This document shows positions 1-13,345 of a stretch of DNA of 64,000 bases, piece after piece; within the stretch, counting starts at the first letter, position 1, and each line of letters starts with the position of its first letter. The stretch lies in assembly GCF_009914755.1 (NCBI RefSeq), contig NC_060930.1. The stretch is one strand, 5' to 3'. The position numbers and the translations under genes are program-made. Source of the DNA: the human T2T-CHM13v2.0 reference genome, Homo sapiens. The notes below the pieces were generated by a model that worked only from the letters and a program-made list of their open reading frames with translations, was not told the origin of the DNA and did no database searches.

Positions 1-169
1 TATCTGTAAGACAAATCCCTAAAAGTAGAATTTCTGGACCAGAGTAGAATTTCGGGGCCTACAGACAGCTCAGCTATTAACAAACTGGTCTTCATAAAGT
101 TAGTACCAGTTTACAGTTTTTTCAGTAATTCTTTCTTTCCCTATTTTTGAATAATCCATCCCTTCCCCC

Positions 170-345
170 TGACTTAATATGTGGCTATTATCTTACTTAT
201 AGTACAATAACTTGCACATACTTTATCTTCCTTAATATATTGTCAACCTATTGGAGACCAAATTTGTGTCTCTCAGTAATTCGAAAACAACATATTCCAC
301 ATCAGAAGAGCTCAGTAAATATTCATTAAACGAATGAATAAACAA
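170..345 (+). mobile_element. L2 LINE 3' end remnant
   Basis: Ends with gctcagtaaatattcattaaacgaatgaataaa, resembling the L2 3' terminus (gctcaataaatatttgttgaatgaatgaa). Confidence 0.5.
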
Positions 346-1110
346 GGTCAGCACTAGACCTTCAATATCCTTTGCCCTAGGTACTAGATCACAGGTGAAC
401 TGCTGTTTCTAAATAAACAATGGTCAAAATATGCAATGAGAATTTGTGTCGAAAATGTAAAGAATTGCCTAGGTAACACTTAACCAGGCAGCCATCATTA
501 AACAAATCATTAATATTATCAAATAACTGAGCATCAGGGTTTCTATGGGACTTAACACAACTTTTCCTATAGAGTTTATATATTTGAGCCTTGTTTTGGA
601 GGGGAGGGAGAAGGTTAGGGAAGGTGGAACTGGTCCCAGCAGCTAAAAATACATTTTATATAGCTTTTCACTGTAATAAAGTGATATATGTAGAAATAAA
701 ATTTAATAAACCACAGCCAGGTTTCACACAGTAAAGAATAAAAGCATCCAGCTGGTGACACTTTTAAATAATATTTTTCTTACCAGTAGTTGAGGGGATT
801 GTTCAAAGCAGGTAAGTTATTGTCTCTTAGAATTCTCTCTTGAGTTATCTGTCCTTAATGTGCATCATTTGGGAAGATTAAGATTTAATATTCAGAACTA
901 CCTGCTAAGGCAGAATTCTCATTAAACCCAAACCTGTTCACTACAAAGCTACCACACTGCAAAGATTGCTTGAGAAGGCAGCAGTTTTCTCTCGGGTATG
1001 TTCTCAGCCTCACAGCAACTCTACAGTCCTTGAAGGATGATGAGCTGAGCTTTTTCCTTAGAGCACAGAGCAGAATTATTATGGATACCTAAGCCCTTTA
1101 AATACCTTAG

Positions 1111-1400
<290 letters not shown>

Positions 1401-1616
1401 AAAACACACAGGAAAAAAATGAAAAGAAAAACAAAAGGAGGAGACTAGAGGAGGGGGATTAGGAGAAGCCTAATTAAAGATAATATAAAATTATAAAATT
1501 ACACATCATTGTTTTCATTTCCCCCAAAAAAGCTCTTTTTGTTTAAGACTCATTCCAAAAGAAAGGACCTATAAATAGCTTGTCCAGGAATATCACCACA
1601 AAGAAGAAACATATCA

Positions 1617-1653
<37 letters not shown>

Positions 1654-1666
1654 TATTATTATTATT
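1617..1666. repeat. (ATT)n microsatellite with one interruption
   Basis: Directly visible. Confidence 0.97.
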
Positions 1667-4109
1667 GTTTCCACGTAAGAATCTTGTCTTAGAAACTTCA
1701 AAATTATGACTGCAAATGTCTTCCAATGTCTTAAAAGCAATATTTTTAATTGTAATGTAGTTTTTGTTATTAATGCTACTGTTTTATTGTGGAAAATAAA
1801 TTGTTAAACTAAAGTTCCCTAATCATCTTTAAAAAGAAAACAGAGAAGGGCTCTCAGCAGTAGTTTTGGCTTGATATTGAGCTTTTATCATATTTTCATC
1901 TATTTCCCAAAGGCTATAATTAAGTTCAATTATAATCTATTTTTGGAAGCCTGTCACTCTCATATTTTTAATCTCCTTTAAATCTGAGGTAGCCTGAGCA
2001 AAGAGTTAGACCAATTATTAAGTGATTGTGACTAATATTTAGGTTCCCTTGTGGTATTAAATACCAAGCTCTGAAAAAGAAAGTAGCCTCAGATATTTCA
2101 TCTTGATAGTTCCAAATTTCTGGCATTATATAGTTACAACCACAGAAATGACCTTTCATAGTAAATCCAAACTTACCCTTTATTTTCCTCAAAGCAGTTT
2201 TGGCCTCAATAGTCCAGATAAAAGCTTCAACATTTTAACTTCATATTGCCTCTCCACACACTGACACTAATTTAGGAACTGTCTTCTCTATATTCCGTGC
2301 CTGAAATTCACTTCATTGATGGAAAGTTGCACATGAAAAACATTTCACTCCTGTCTAAACAAAATCATGAACTTGGAATAAACGAACAGTTTAGTCGTTT
2401 AGGTTTTAAATATTTGAAAGCTTATAACTACCTCTCAAAGCAGTAAAGCTATTTAAATCTCTAAATATAGTAATGAGTAATAAACACACACAGTTTGATA
2501 CTTAATAACCCATATGTACTCTCATTTAAAGTGATTGCATCATAATGAGTTTTGCCTCATAGCAGGGGAAACTTGTCTAAATATATGTCATTGGTATTTC
2601 AGATTAAAGTTAGTTTTGCATGAGAATGCCATTGGAGACTGAAAACTATGGATACATTTTACCATGGAAAATATTATCATTATTAAATAATCTTCAATCA
2701 GTTTGAACTGTAGAGAGTAGGTCAAAAGGACGCACTACTTTTGCCTATTATTTGCCTGTTTGAAGGCTGCCTAGGCAATCTGCCCAGAGCCCTGCAGCCT
2801 AAGAGCCCAAGCTAATTTTGAAAAGCCTAACAAAGCTTTCAGACTCTCAATTCATGTGAGTACAGAAGAGTACAGGTTTTAGCAGACAATTCTGCTCTGA
2901 TTTTGTACAATTTTACATACTCAGAAAAATAAGCTCTTTTACAGGCTAAGCTGTGTTCTTTTGGAGGGGAAAGTACGCATTTTTTCCAAAGTGTACCTAA
3001 TAAACAGCTTCATGGGGAAAGAGGTCATCCCTTGACCACCAGTTAACAGATGAACTCTGAGGGTGAGAGTTTCAACCCTACCCACTTTGAAGGAAGCTCA
3101 GCTTTCCTTCTGCAAGGCATGTAAAAGGGAAGCCTCTGCTTAAAGCAGGTCAATGGCTTCTGCTTCCCCTTCCTGCCTCTCTTTAAGCCTCTCTGATACA
3201 GGCATATATGTCCCCGCCTGTGTGTGCTGGAGAATGACCTTCCCCACTTCACTCCCAGCAGAAAGGCACACGATGTTCTAGTGCTGCCTATGTAACAGTG
3301 AGTTTGATGTAATTGAATGGAAAAACTGAGCTATTTCAGCTAAGAAAGATACTTGATGATTTTACATATGAAGGATCAAGACCTCTCATGCTTCTTTTCA
3401 CAGAGCAACCACTGTCAATTCAAGCTCTTCTGGAAAGTTCCTCTTCTTGACAAAAGGACCATTAGAGATTGTTACTGAGCATCCCTTTTGTGACAGACGT
3501 TCTACAAACACCCATGGGGGATGAAAGGAGAGATAACACAGGGTCCTGGCTTTCAAGAAGATTATAACCTAAAAGACACATTTCCACAAATAGCTATAAG
3601 AAAATGGACACAAGAGAAAGTGAAACCTGCTTTTCACCAAAGTTGATGGAATATTTGAACTTCACCTAAGAGAGTCTTTCATCTTCTGGTCTTAAAATTC
3701 TCCAGTGGGAATATTAAAAATATGATTTTAAGTTAAAATGACAAAATAATATTCCAAATTAGCTACGCATACTTAGAACAGATTTGAGGCTGCATTCTAT
3801 TTGTGTATGTCCTCTTTAGAGGACATTTTCATAAAAGGTTGTCATTGTTCTCCTCAATTCAGCTGGTTGTTATAGCACACTTTTTGTCACTGATTAACTG
3901 ACACAGAACAGATGCTGTCCAGGCACTTGTCAGTGAATATAACACTGGCCCACTGCAGCAAAACCAACTAAAACTTGGTGGAGATAAATAAAAAGAATAT
4001 CTTGGGGAATGTGCATTAAACTCATAACTCTAAGTAATAGGGCCCTCTCCCCTTCCATTCCTTATAGGAAATAGAGTTGAGCCATGGAAACCAAGACCAG
4101 AAATACAAT

Positions 4110-4472
4110 TGATATGGTTTTGCTATGTTCCGACCCAAATCTCATCTTGAATTGTAGCTTCTGTAATTCCCATGTGTCATGGGAGGGAGCTGGTGGGAGG
4201 TAATTGAAACATGGGGTGGGTCTTTCCTGTGCTGTTCTCATGATAGTGAATAAGTCTCATGAGATCTGATGGTTTTATAAACGGGCATTCCCCTGCACAA
4301 GCTCTTTTGCCTGCTGCCATTTAAGATGTGCCTTTGCTTCTCCTTTGCCTTTTGCCATGATTGTGAGGCCTCCCCAGGCATGTGGAACTGAGAGTCCATT
4401 AAACCTCTTACTTTTATAAATTACCCAGTCTCAGGTATGCCTTTATTAGCAGCATGAGAACAGACTAATACA
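4110..4472 (+). mobile_element. THE1 (THE1B-like) solo LTR, MaLR
   Basis: TGATATGG...AGACTAATACA termini; perfect 5-bp TSD ACAAT at 4105-4109 and 4473-4477. Confidence 0.95.
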
Positions 4473-4477
4473 ACAAT

Positions 4478-4780
4478 CAGGCCTCATAAATGGGCTCAAA
4501 TCTGTGGCTTATCTGTATTTTTCTCTGCATACCTGATTCATGGCTCCCTCTATCTGCAGACCAGCTTCTGCTACTTTGGTTCATAGCGGGGCTAAAGATG
4601 CATAGTCTTGACTATACATGACTTTCCTTTATAAGTTCAACCTCCAAAAAAGAGGTTATCACCTCTCTCTCTCTCGTTCTCAATTCCGTAATACCAGGGA
4701 AATGGACTATGACTGCTTAAGAGGTGGCTAATTTGTTTCTTGCTGAACTAATAAATTATGGGCAAGGAACAGGATCTAGA
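4478..4780 (-). mobile_element. Old MLT1-type LTR remnant, probably the host of the THE1
   Basis: Diffuse similarity to MLT1K/L-like sequence; very diverged. Confidence 0.35.
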
Positions 4781-5566
4781 GTAAACACCAGCTTAGTTTA
4801 CCTTGGATCAGATTCCCATCCCTGATCCAACAAAGAGGTCAGGACTATGCTTTGCAAAATTGCTTCTATGAGTTCGCTATTATGTGAATCATGGGAAAGG
4901 TAAAGCAACCAAAACATGTATGGGGGAGTGGGAATTAGGATGACAGAACATTCAAGTCCACAATAGATATTCAGGACATACATTTCTATAGAAACTCTAA
5001 ACTATAGTGTTTAATTGGGTAAATGCCTGCCTACTTGCTAACATCAGCAGTGACCACCCTGAGCAACAAGTCATGGTTGATGCCAGGAAAATCTTTAAGA
5101 GAAGCACCCTCAAGATAGTCACTGTGAAGGTGTTGTTGAGGACCTTGTTCGCTATCTCAAGCAAACATACAAGTAACATATTCCTGGTATCTCAGTATTG
5201 GGAACAAATGTGTTTTTGTTTTATGAATCCTGGAGTATGTGCAAAAACTCATTGCTCTCTTCACATTTTTACTTGGAAATCCAGAAGTGCTGAGTGTATA
5301 TTTATATGCATCTTTTGTATTTTCCTCACATTTTGATCCACCTCACTTGTTTATATATATTGTTGCCTATGATCCCTCACTTATTTTAAATATTCTTTTC
5401 TTGTGAATTTATGTACATTTTAAGCTATTTCTTCTATCTTATTTAATTAGGTATAGCCTGAAATTTTTTCAAGTTTAGAAAAACTTATTCAGGTTCATGT
5501 CTATATCTCAGATAAAACAATTTCTAAAGTGGCCAAGCCATATTATCTTATTAATATAAAAATGCA

Positions 5567-5888
5567 GGCTGGGTACAGTGGTTCACACCTGTAATCTCAA
5601 TACTTTTGAAGGCTGAGGCAAGAGAATTACTTGAGTCCAGGGGTTTGAGACCAACCTGGGCAGCACAGTAAGACCGCATCTGTATAAAAATAAAAATAAA
5701 AAAAAGCTGGGTATGGTGGCATGTGTCTATATTCACAGCTACCTCAAAGGCTGAGGCAGAAGGATCACTTGAGTCTGGGAAGCCAAGGCTGCAGTGAGCT
5801 GTGACTGTGCCACTGCATTCCAACCTGGGTGACAGAGCAAGACCTTGCCTCAAAAATAATAATAATAAAATAATAAAATAAAATAATT
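5567..5888 (+). mobile_element. AluJ full length
   Basis: ggctgggtacagtggttcacacctgtaatc start, two arms, J-type right arm, AAT-rich tail. Confidence 0.95.
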
Positions 5889-6297
5889 GCAAAAATTTTC
5901 CCAGGGCTTGCTTAGCAAGTTTCAGGTTATTTTCTGGGTTTTCAGTCCTAATTAGAATTCCTTCTTTTTCTCTGTATTTTCTCATGCTCTGTATGAGCAT
6001 GCTGTTGTAATTACTGCTTCCTGGTCCCATAAGGCTTCTTCAGGTTTCCTTCCAAAAGTAAATATTAAAAAAAATTCTCACACAGAACTTTCAAAACATA
6101 CCCAAAAGATACAAAATGAAGAGTAATGCTGTATTTCAAGCAGCTTTCATGTGTCAAGAAAAGAATACCTGCTGGTGTCTTATTCCATAAGGAGCCAGGC
6201 AGATACGTGACCCTCCTCTGAAGCACGAACTCTATATAAACTCTCTCAGAATCTCTCTTACCCTACTAACCCCATACCAACTTATTTCTGAAACGCA

Positions 6298-6796
6298 TGT
6301 CATTTAGGTTAATTTTATGTGTCAACTTGACTGGACCAGGGTATGACCAGATGTCTGGTTAAACATTATTTCTGAGTGTGTCTGTGAGGGTGTTTCTGGA
6401 TGAAATCAGCATTTGAGTCAGTGGACTCAGTGAAGTAGACTGTCCTTTCCAGTGTGGTAGTGCATTGTCCAATTCAGTGAGAAGAGAACAAAAGGTGGAG
6501 GATTTTGGTCTTTTTTTTCCTTCTTGCCTGCCTTCTTGAGATGGGAAGTTAGTCTTCTCCTGCCCTTAGACTGGGGCTTATACCATAGACTCCCCTAATT
6601 CTCAGGCCTTTGGACTTAGACTGGAATTTCACCACTAACTGTCCTAGATCTCCAGCTTACAGATGACAGATTGTAGAACTCCTCAGCCCCCATAATCATA
6701 TGAGCCATTCCTCATAATAAATCTATCTACCTACCTACCTGTCTTCCTACGTATCTCTTATTCATTCTGTTTCTCTGCAGAACCCTGACTAATACC
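6298..6796 (+). mobile_element. MLT2 (MLT2B-like) ERVL solo LTR
   Basis: ggttaattttatgtgtcaacttgactgg 5' motif; tctgtttctctgcagaaccctgactaatac 3' motif. Confidence 0.9.
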
Positions 6797-7646
6797 CAGG
6801 TAAATTTTTAGCGTAGCCTCGGTAGCCAGATTAGAAAGTCCCCATCTGGAAGTGCTGCCTGTGATGGGAATCACTGCAGTTAACACGTGTCCCTTAGCTC
6901 TTGCAAGAGGTAGGCCTTCTGCCTTTGGCTCTGACAAGGTGCAGGAGGCCTACCCCTTTAGCATCTCTAATGGTGTCACAGTCTCACAGCTTGGCACTCT
7001 GGCTTGTTGTGGTTAAGTGCTGTTTTGCTAGAAAACATCTGAGCATAATACGACAAAATATTTGTTTTCTCCTCAACATCAGCACATGTTTGACCTGTTA
7101 GAATTTCTAAAATGCCAAAGTAGCAAGGTGCTACAAGTTAGAACTAACAGATATGCAGGTTCTCTTGGAACTCTGCTTTCAATTTTTCTCTTTTCAAAAA
7201 TCTATTGATGCTTCAGATGTTAGCAGAGGAGTATCAGGAGCTATTGTTTACTGAAGGAAAGACGATTGACCTTTGACAGCAACTCATGGCTGGCATTTTG
7301 GATATTAGTCACCTATTTCTTTTCATTCTTTGTATAAACATATATTAAGCACCTGCCATGCAGTAAGCATTTGAGTAACAAAGGTTAACAAGACATACTT
7401 TCCATGTCCTTGAGCAATTTACAGCCTAGTGCAAGGGACAGAAATGTAGAGAATTCAGTTACATAACTTAATGCATAAGAAAAAACTGAAGCAATAAGAA
7501 AACACTCTTTAAGCATATTAGGAGGGCAAATCAAGTTGAGAAAACATTTTAAAGAGAAAGTGTCCTCTGAGATGACTTTTAAGATTAGAGGTTTATGAAC
7601 CAAAGAAAGAGCTGGTGCCTAGGCATGACCTGTGACAGGCTCACAG

Positions 7647-7790
7647 CAGTCTTTCTCCATCTCATCACTATTGGCACCTGGGGCTGGATAACACTGTTTT
7701 GTGGGCTGTCTCGTGCATTGTAGGATGTTTAGCAGCACCTCTGGCCACTGCCCACTAGGTGCCAGTAATACATATACATACACAGACACA

Positions 7791-7837
<47 letters not shown>

Positions 7838-7932
7838 AGAGTTATGACTATCAAAAATGTCTCCACATGTTTACTAAGTATCTCATGGGGTAGAAGGCAA
7901 AATGGCCCCTTGTTCAGGATTGAGAACAACTG
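7647..7932. mobile_element. MER20 hAT-Charlie DNA transposon with internal (CA)n
   Basis: CAGT..TTCTC / GAGAACAACTG termini; gtgcattgtaggatgtttagcagcac and aaaaatgtctcc core motifs. Confidence 0.9.
7785..7838. repeat. (CA)n microsatellite
   Basis: Directly visible. Confidence 0.97.
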
Positions 7933-10125
7933 TTCTATATGATGCTAATTAAAGTATCCAATATGGGCAGGGACTAGCTGACACCGAGTGAGGGGGAGAT
8001 TGAAGCTAGACTGTGAAGGACCATATATACATGCTAAAGTTATACTGAATTATTTGGGATATTTTACAAGTAGTCCTAGATTTTTATTCATATGAATTTG
8101 CAATGTTTCTTCAAATAAACTCCCTCCTAATAAGGACATTTCAAGAAGTCTAACATCAAGCATATCGGATTTTAATCAATTTCCAAGTGTACCCTAGGAA
8201 AGGCTACTTCCAGCTTCTAGTATATGTCTGGCTGCACAATTATGTTGCCTCCAAAAAAAAAAAATAATAATAAAGAAAGAAAAAAACAGAAAGGCAAAAG
8301 AAAGCCCAAAATTAAGTTGGGCTCAGCAGGAACGGCACTTAATAACTATTTGTTGAATGAATGATTGAATGAATTAATGCACCAGCCAATTAATTAACTA
8401 AATGAAAAGGAGTGAAGGGGAAAATTCAGAAAAAGAAAGAGGTAGATAAGACAGAATAGTGGGGAGAAAAGAGGACATTTTCTATCAAAGTAATAATAAA
8501 TTTTTTCATGTGTAACTAGAAAATTGCCTCTGAAGAGCACTAAGCAACAGCATCTTTGTTGGCAAAACAATATATTTTCCCAAGGGAACTGTTGAAGGAA
8601 TTAATACTTGCTAGGATACAAAAGTTCTGATATATTGCTGAAAACTCAGTCTCACTAGATGTTCATTCCTTAAAAATGACTAACAAAATGGGAAAAAAAA
8701 GAACACTAAATTTCAAACTGCTAGCCATGATTTTAAGGCAAAGGGTAAGACTTGTGCCTGAGTTGGAAAGACCAGATATTATATACTCAGTATCAAGCTA
8801 TAGATTGTGTACTCTTGAATTTGGCCATCATTTAAGCCACAGCTTTGAGACTCAAACTGTGAAACAACTGTCTGGTAAGGATCAAAGGATAAAAAATATA
8901 GCACAAACAAGTTTCCTGCATTTTAAAGGCAGGATTGCCCTGCACAGCATCAGTACGCAAGGGGAAGGCACTGGAGCTGAGGAGACACAGCTCAAGAAAG
9001 ACTTTCTTCTTGAAGGTTGGAAGAATTTTATGTTGAATGACTCTGCTCACCTCAGGAAAATTTGCAAAAGAAAAAGAGGACAACACAAAGAGACATCTAT
9101 GGATACATTTGCTCAAAAAGTTATCTGGTGGCCTTAGGTACCCCAGGGTGTCTCCCCGAAAGAGGCCTTTTTATTATAAATCCTCTGACTCTAGTTAAAG
9201 TGGGCTCATACTTCACTGTCTCTAGGAGAAGTAAAGAAAGAAACATGAAGTTATGAACCATAATTTCATGCTAGTTTTGTCTAGTTACAGTGTTTCTTGG
9301 TGAAATCTCTTTTTATACATACTGAACTATTCTATTCTTATTTTATATAAGGATATAACATATTATAGTTGGTTAAATATTGTGTCCATGATCCTTAAAT
9401 AATTTGTGAATTAAGTTCTTTGTCAGAAACATGACTACAAAGTTTTTTTAGTATTATTTTAGTGAATGTATCTTAAAATTGCATTCACTCTAACATAAAC
9501 TACTTTAGCTAGAAACAAAATGTACAGCAATAGTGCAGCACTAAAGAAACTTTTACTTTGTATTATCAGGTTTAGAACAATAAATAAAGATCATATTTGT
9601 AGAGCCTCAGAAAAGCATGTGATCCATCTCTCCAGAGGTGATGTCTTGCTTTTCATCAGAGCCTTAGGCCCTTAGTAATTAAAGTTTGAAAGACTTTAAG
9701 ATCCAATTTGTATAACAACACTAAGTTGAATGCAGGCTTCCGTCAAATAAATATTTTATATTTTTTATATTTTCAAAATAATTCCTTAACTATTATAGAA
9801 AATATGTCAATACAAAAAGGCATAAGGTGAAAAAAAATCACTCTAATTTCACCACTAATATTTTGACACAGAAAAAAGTCACCTCTGATCCCTCTACTAA
9901 TATTTTAATGTAGTGTCTTTCAGTCTTGCTCTATTGCATTTTTTTGCTTTGCTTTGCTTTTAGTTTGATGTTATACAAAAATAATTTCCCCAAGTTTTTT
10001 GAAACTGTCCCACAAAGTCCTTGTTAATGGCTATAAAGTACTGCTTAAATGGTTGTACAGGATGAAAATAAATCAAATAGTAAAAAGTTTGCTAACTTGT
10101 TAAATTTTAATAGTAATAAAATATA

Positions 10126-10449
<324 letters not shown>

Positions 10450-12414
10450 TTATTAAAATCACTGACCTGGATCTAAAAGTACCAATATGAAAAATTCTGT
10501 AGGATTATTAATAAATGAATAAACAGTAGCATATGTAAGATGATCTCATTTATGATAAAAGAATATATTTATGTGTAACTACACCTGTCAGCATATGTAA
10601 ATACACAAAGTAAGGCTACAACCCAAAATAGTATGAGTATTTATCTCATGAGTAGAAGCTTTTACAATGAAAATATATTAGCATATTTAATAGAGGATAT
10701 TACATATTTTTCTAACTGAAAATAAAATACACATGGCAAAAACTTCAGACAACACAGAAAGTTATAAAAAAATAAAAATAACATTCTCACCACTCACAAA
10801 GAATCACTATTAATATTTTAACATGGACTTCCAAAGTATAAGCCTTTGCATACACATCGCATGTACGTTTCTTATAAGAATTGTATCTGCTTACAACCCT
10901 ATAATTTATCAATTCTATGTTAGTATATTTCCATTTGAATCTTTTCACAGGTAACCTATTTAGATTTTTCATCTTAATATACCAAGAATTTTACATATTT
11001 GCACAACCACTTTCTGCTATGAAAGTGACCTGTCTACCAGAATCTCTCTTAAAGGAGTCTACTAATACTTGCCCCACGTTAAGAAGTTTCATTTTTCCCT
11101 TTTTTCTCTGGGTTTCAGTTAAAGTTGATTTCATTTGTCTGTAAAATATGTTTAGTTCTCTTTCATCTCCCTACACATGTATTCCAAACAACAGTGTTAT
11201 TCATAGTGGCTTGAATAGATGTTAATTTCCAACATTTTTTATACATTAAGTTTTATTCAATTTGAGTTTCTTTTTCCAGTTACTATAATATCTAAATTAT
11301 AGGACAACATTTTACTTCAGAACTTAATTTCATCTTAATTATGTGTAATTGGTAGTCTGGTAATACTATCTTATTCATGGTTAATATAAACATATAAAGA
11401 AAAATACAGTTTATCTGATTAAGCAATGAGAAATACAGATGAAAATTTAGAAGAATAAGGATAAATATGTCCATTACCATACATTCTGAGCTCTGCACAT
11501 TTAAGCAGATACAACACTGATTAAAGTCCAGGGTGTTTTCTGACTCTCTACTACTCTATGATCAATATGCTTGTCTTTCAATGTTTTTAAAGAACACATC
11601 TTGGGATATGCTTGTCTAGTTATGTTAGAGATGGTCAGCACTTGATACCTTCATCTGTATGCAGGCATTAATGCTCCATTTATCAGAAATGACAGAAAAT
11701 AAAGTTTGTCAACTAAATTCTTAAGCATGTTTCCGGATCACTGCTCTTAAGTCACTTAGGCACAAATATGTTTTTAAGGTTTTCTACAAATATTTAATTG
11801 AAAATTTTCCATTGAACACTATCATATATTGAAAAAAGGACTTGATCTCATTGGGAACAATTATTGAACTGTGGCAAAGTATAACACCTTCAGAAGTCCT
11901 CGAGGTATATATAGATATTTGCTGCTATACTGTATTAGCCCAAATTAATATGGTAATGTCTCTTATGTAAATTATGTATCATGAGTCTACATAGAAGAAC
12001 TTGTCTGATTTTCCAAAATTTGTTGTGTCTAGTTCCTCTGTTGATATCTACTGCTTTTCCCTACCGACATTGTGTTTTGCTGATAAATCTATTTCCTTAG
12101 TTTATACAAAATAACTTGGGTCATGGCATGAAGGTATTCTAAAATACTTGAACTTAGTATTATACATTTGCTGCTCAGGTATTTATTTCATTTATCCCTT
12201 GGTTTATTCCATACTCTAAATTTTAATGTTACTGATGAAAAAAAGTAGGATTTTAAAGTATTTTTATTAAAAAATGTATATTACAAGATCTTCAGTATAC
12301 ACTATTATTAATCATTTTATAAAGGCATTGTGCAAGCAAATCTATGTTATAGACACAGTTATAAGGACTTTTACTGCACACTATGAATGAATGCAGGAAA
12401 GAAGGGGGAGAAGG

Positions 12415-13345
12415 GCTAGATCCCATGCTATTACCAACACAATTAACATATTCCAGCAAGTTTCCTCCTCTTCTCTCCACTGCATCAAACATTTTTTCTT
12501 TCTACTTGATCATTCCCTTGCACATACACTGTTATTTCTCCTATCTTAAAAATATTTCTCTTAACCCAACTACCACCAGTAGCACTCCCCCATTTCTTAG
12601 TCTCTCCATGGAGCAAAACACCTCAAAAATTGTCGGCACTCAATGTCTCCAGTTCCATTTGCTTCCTTTTTCCATTCTTCAACCTGGCTTTTGCCATCTA
12701 CCTCTCCACTAAAACTGCTCTTTGTAAAGTTATTCAATGATCTCCATGTTGCTAACTCTAATAGTCAGTTCTCAGTTCTCATGTTATTCCACACAACAAC
12801 AAATTTGATAAATGTGATCTCTTCCTTCTTTACACACTTTCTTAACTTGGGTTAAAAAACGTCTCCCACATTGATCCTCACCAGTTTCCTTCACTTGTTT
12901 TATTTCATCCCCACAAACCTCATAATTTTGGAATACTGCAGGACCTAGATTTTGATCTTTTCTTCTCATTTTATACTCACTCCATTAGAGAGGTCACTTA
13001 CTCCCCTGGTCTTAAACACTATTTCTATGAGGATAACTCTCACCTTTGTATCTCTGGTCCAGACACTTCTCCATATTCCACTGTCATATATCCAGCTGTC
13101 TACTCAACATATCCTCTTAAAAGTCTAACTGACTTCTCAAACCAAATATATCCAAAACTGAATTTTTACATGTCTACCTATCACCTGCTTCCCCCTCCCC
13201 CACCATCCCTATCACAGTTTATGGCAATGCCAACCATTAAGATGCCCAGGCCAGAAGCCTTACAGTCATCTTCCCACAGCCCACAGCCAATCTGTCAGGA
13301 AAGTTGTTGTCTTTGGTGGTATTGTTGTATCTTGAAAATATAGCC
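12415..13345 (+). mobile_element. L2 LINE, reverse-transcriptase region
   Basis: ORFs 12383/12643 give LQPGF..LLFVKLFNDLHVANSNSQFSVLML, matching the L2 RT motif LQSGF..TALVKVTNDLHVAKSNGQFSVLILLDLS. Confidence 0.9.

Larger units (their letters stand above)
7320..8060 (-). mobile_element. L2 remnant interrupted by MER20
   Basis: ttcattctttgtataaacatatattaagcacctgccatg is an antisense L2 3' end; purine-rich antisense body. Confidence 0.55.

Noticed and set aside
5007-5336. Overlapping open frames on both strands
   Set aside because: No convincing splice sites or known peptide
5551-6030. 159-aa ORF and similar ORFs at 1147, 10186, 51094-51408 and 56950
   Set aside because: Alu-derived translations ([17 protein letters not shown])
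8676-9137. 153-aa ATG ORF in unique DNA
   Set aside because: No recognisable domain or promoter; an ORF of this size is plausible by chance in 64 kb
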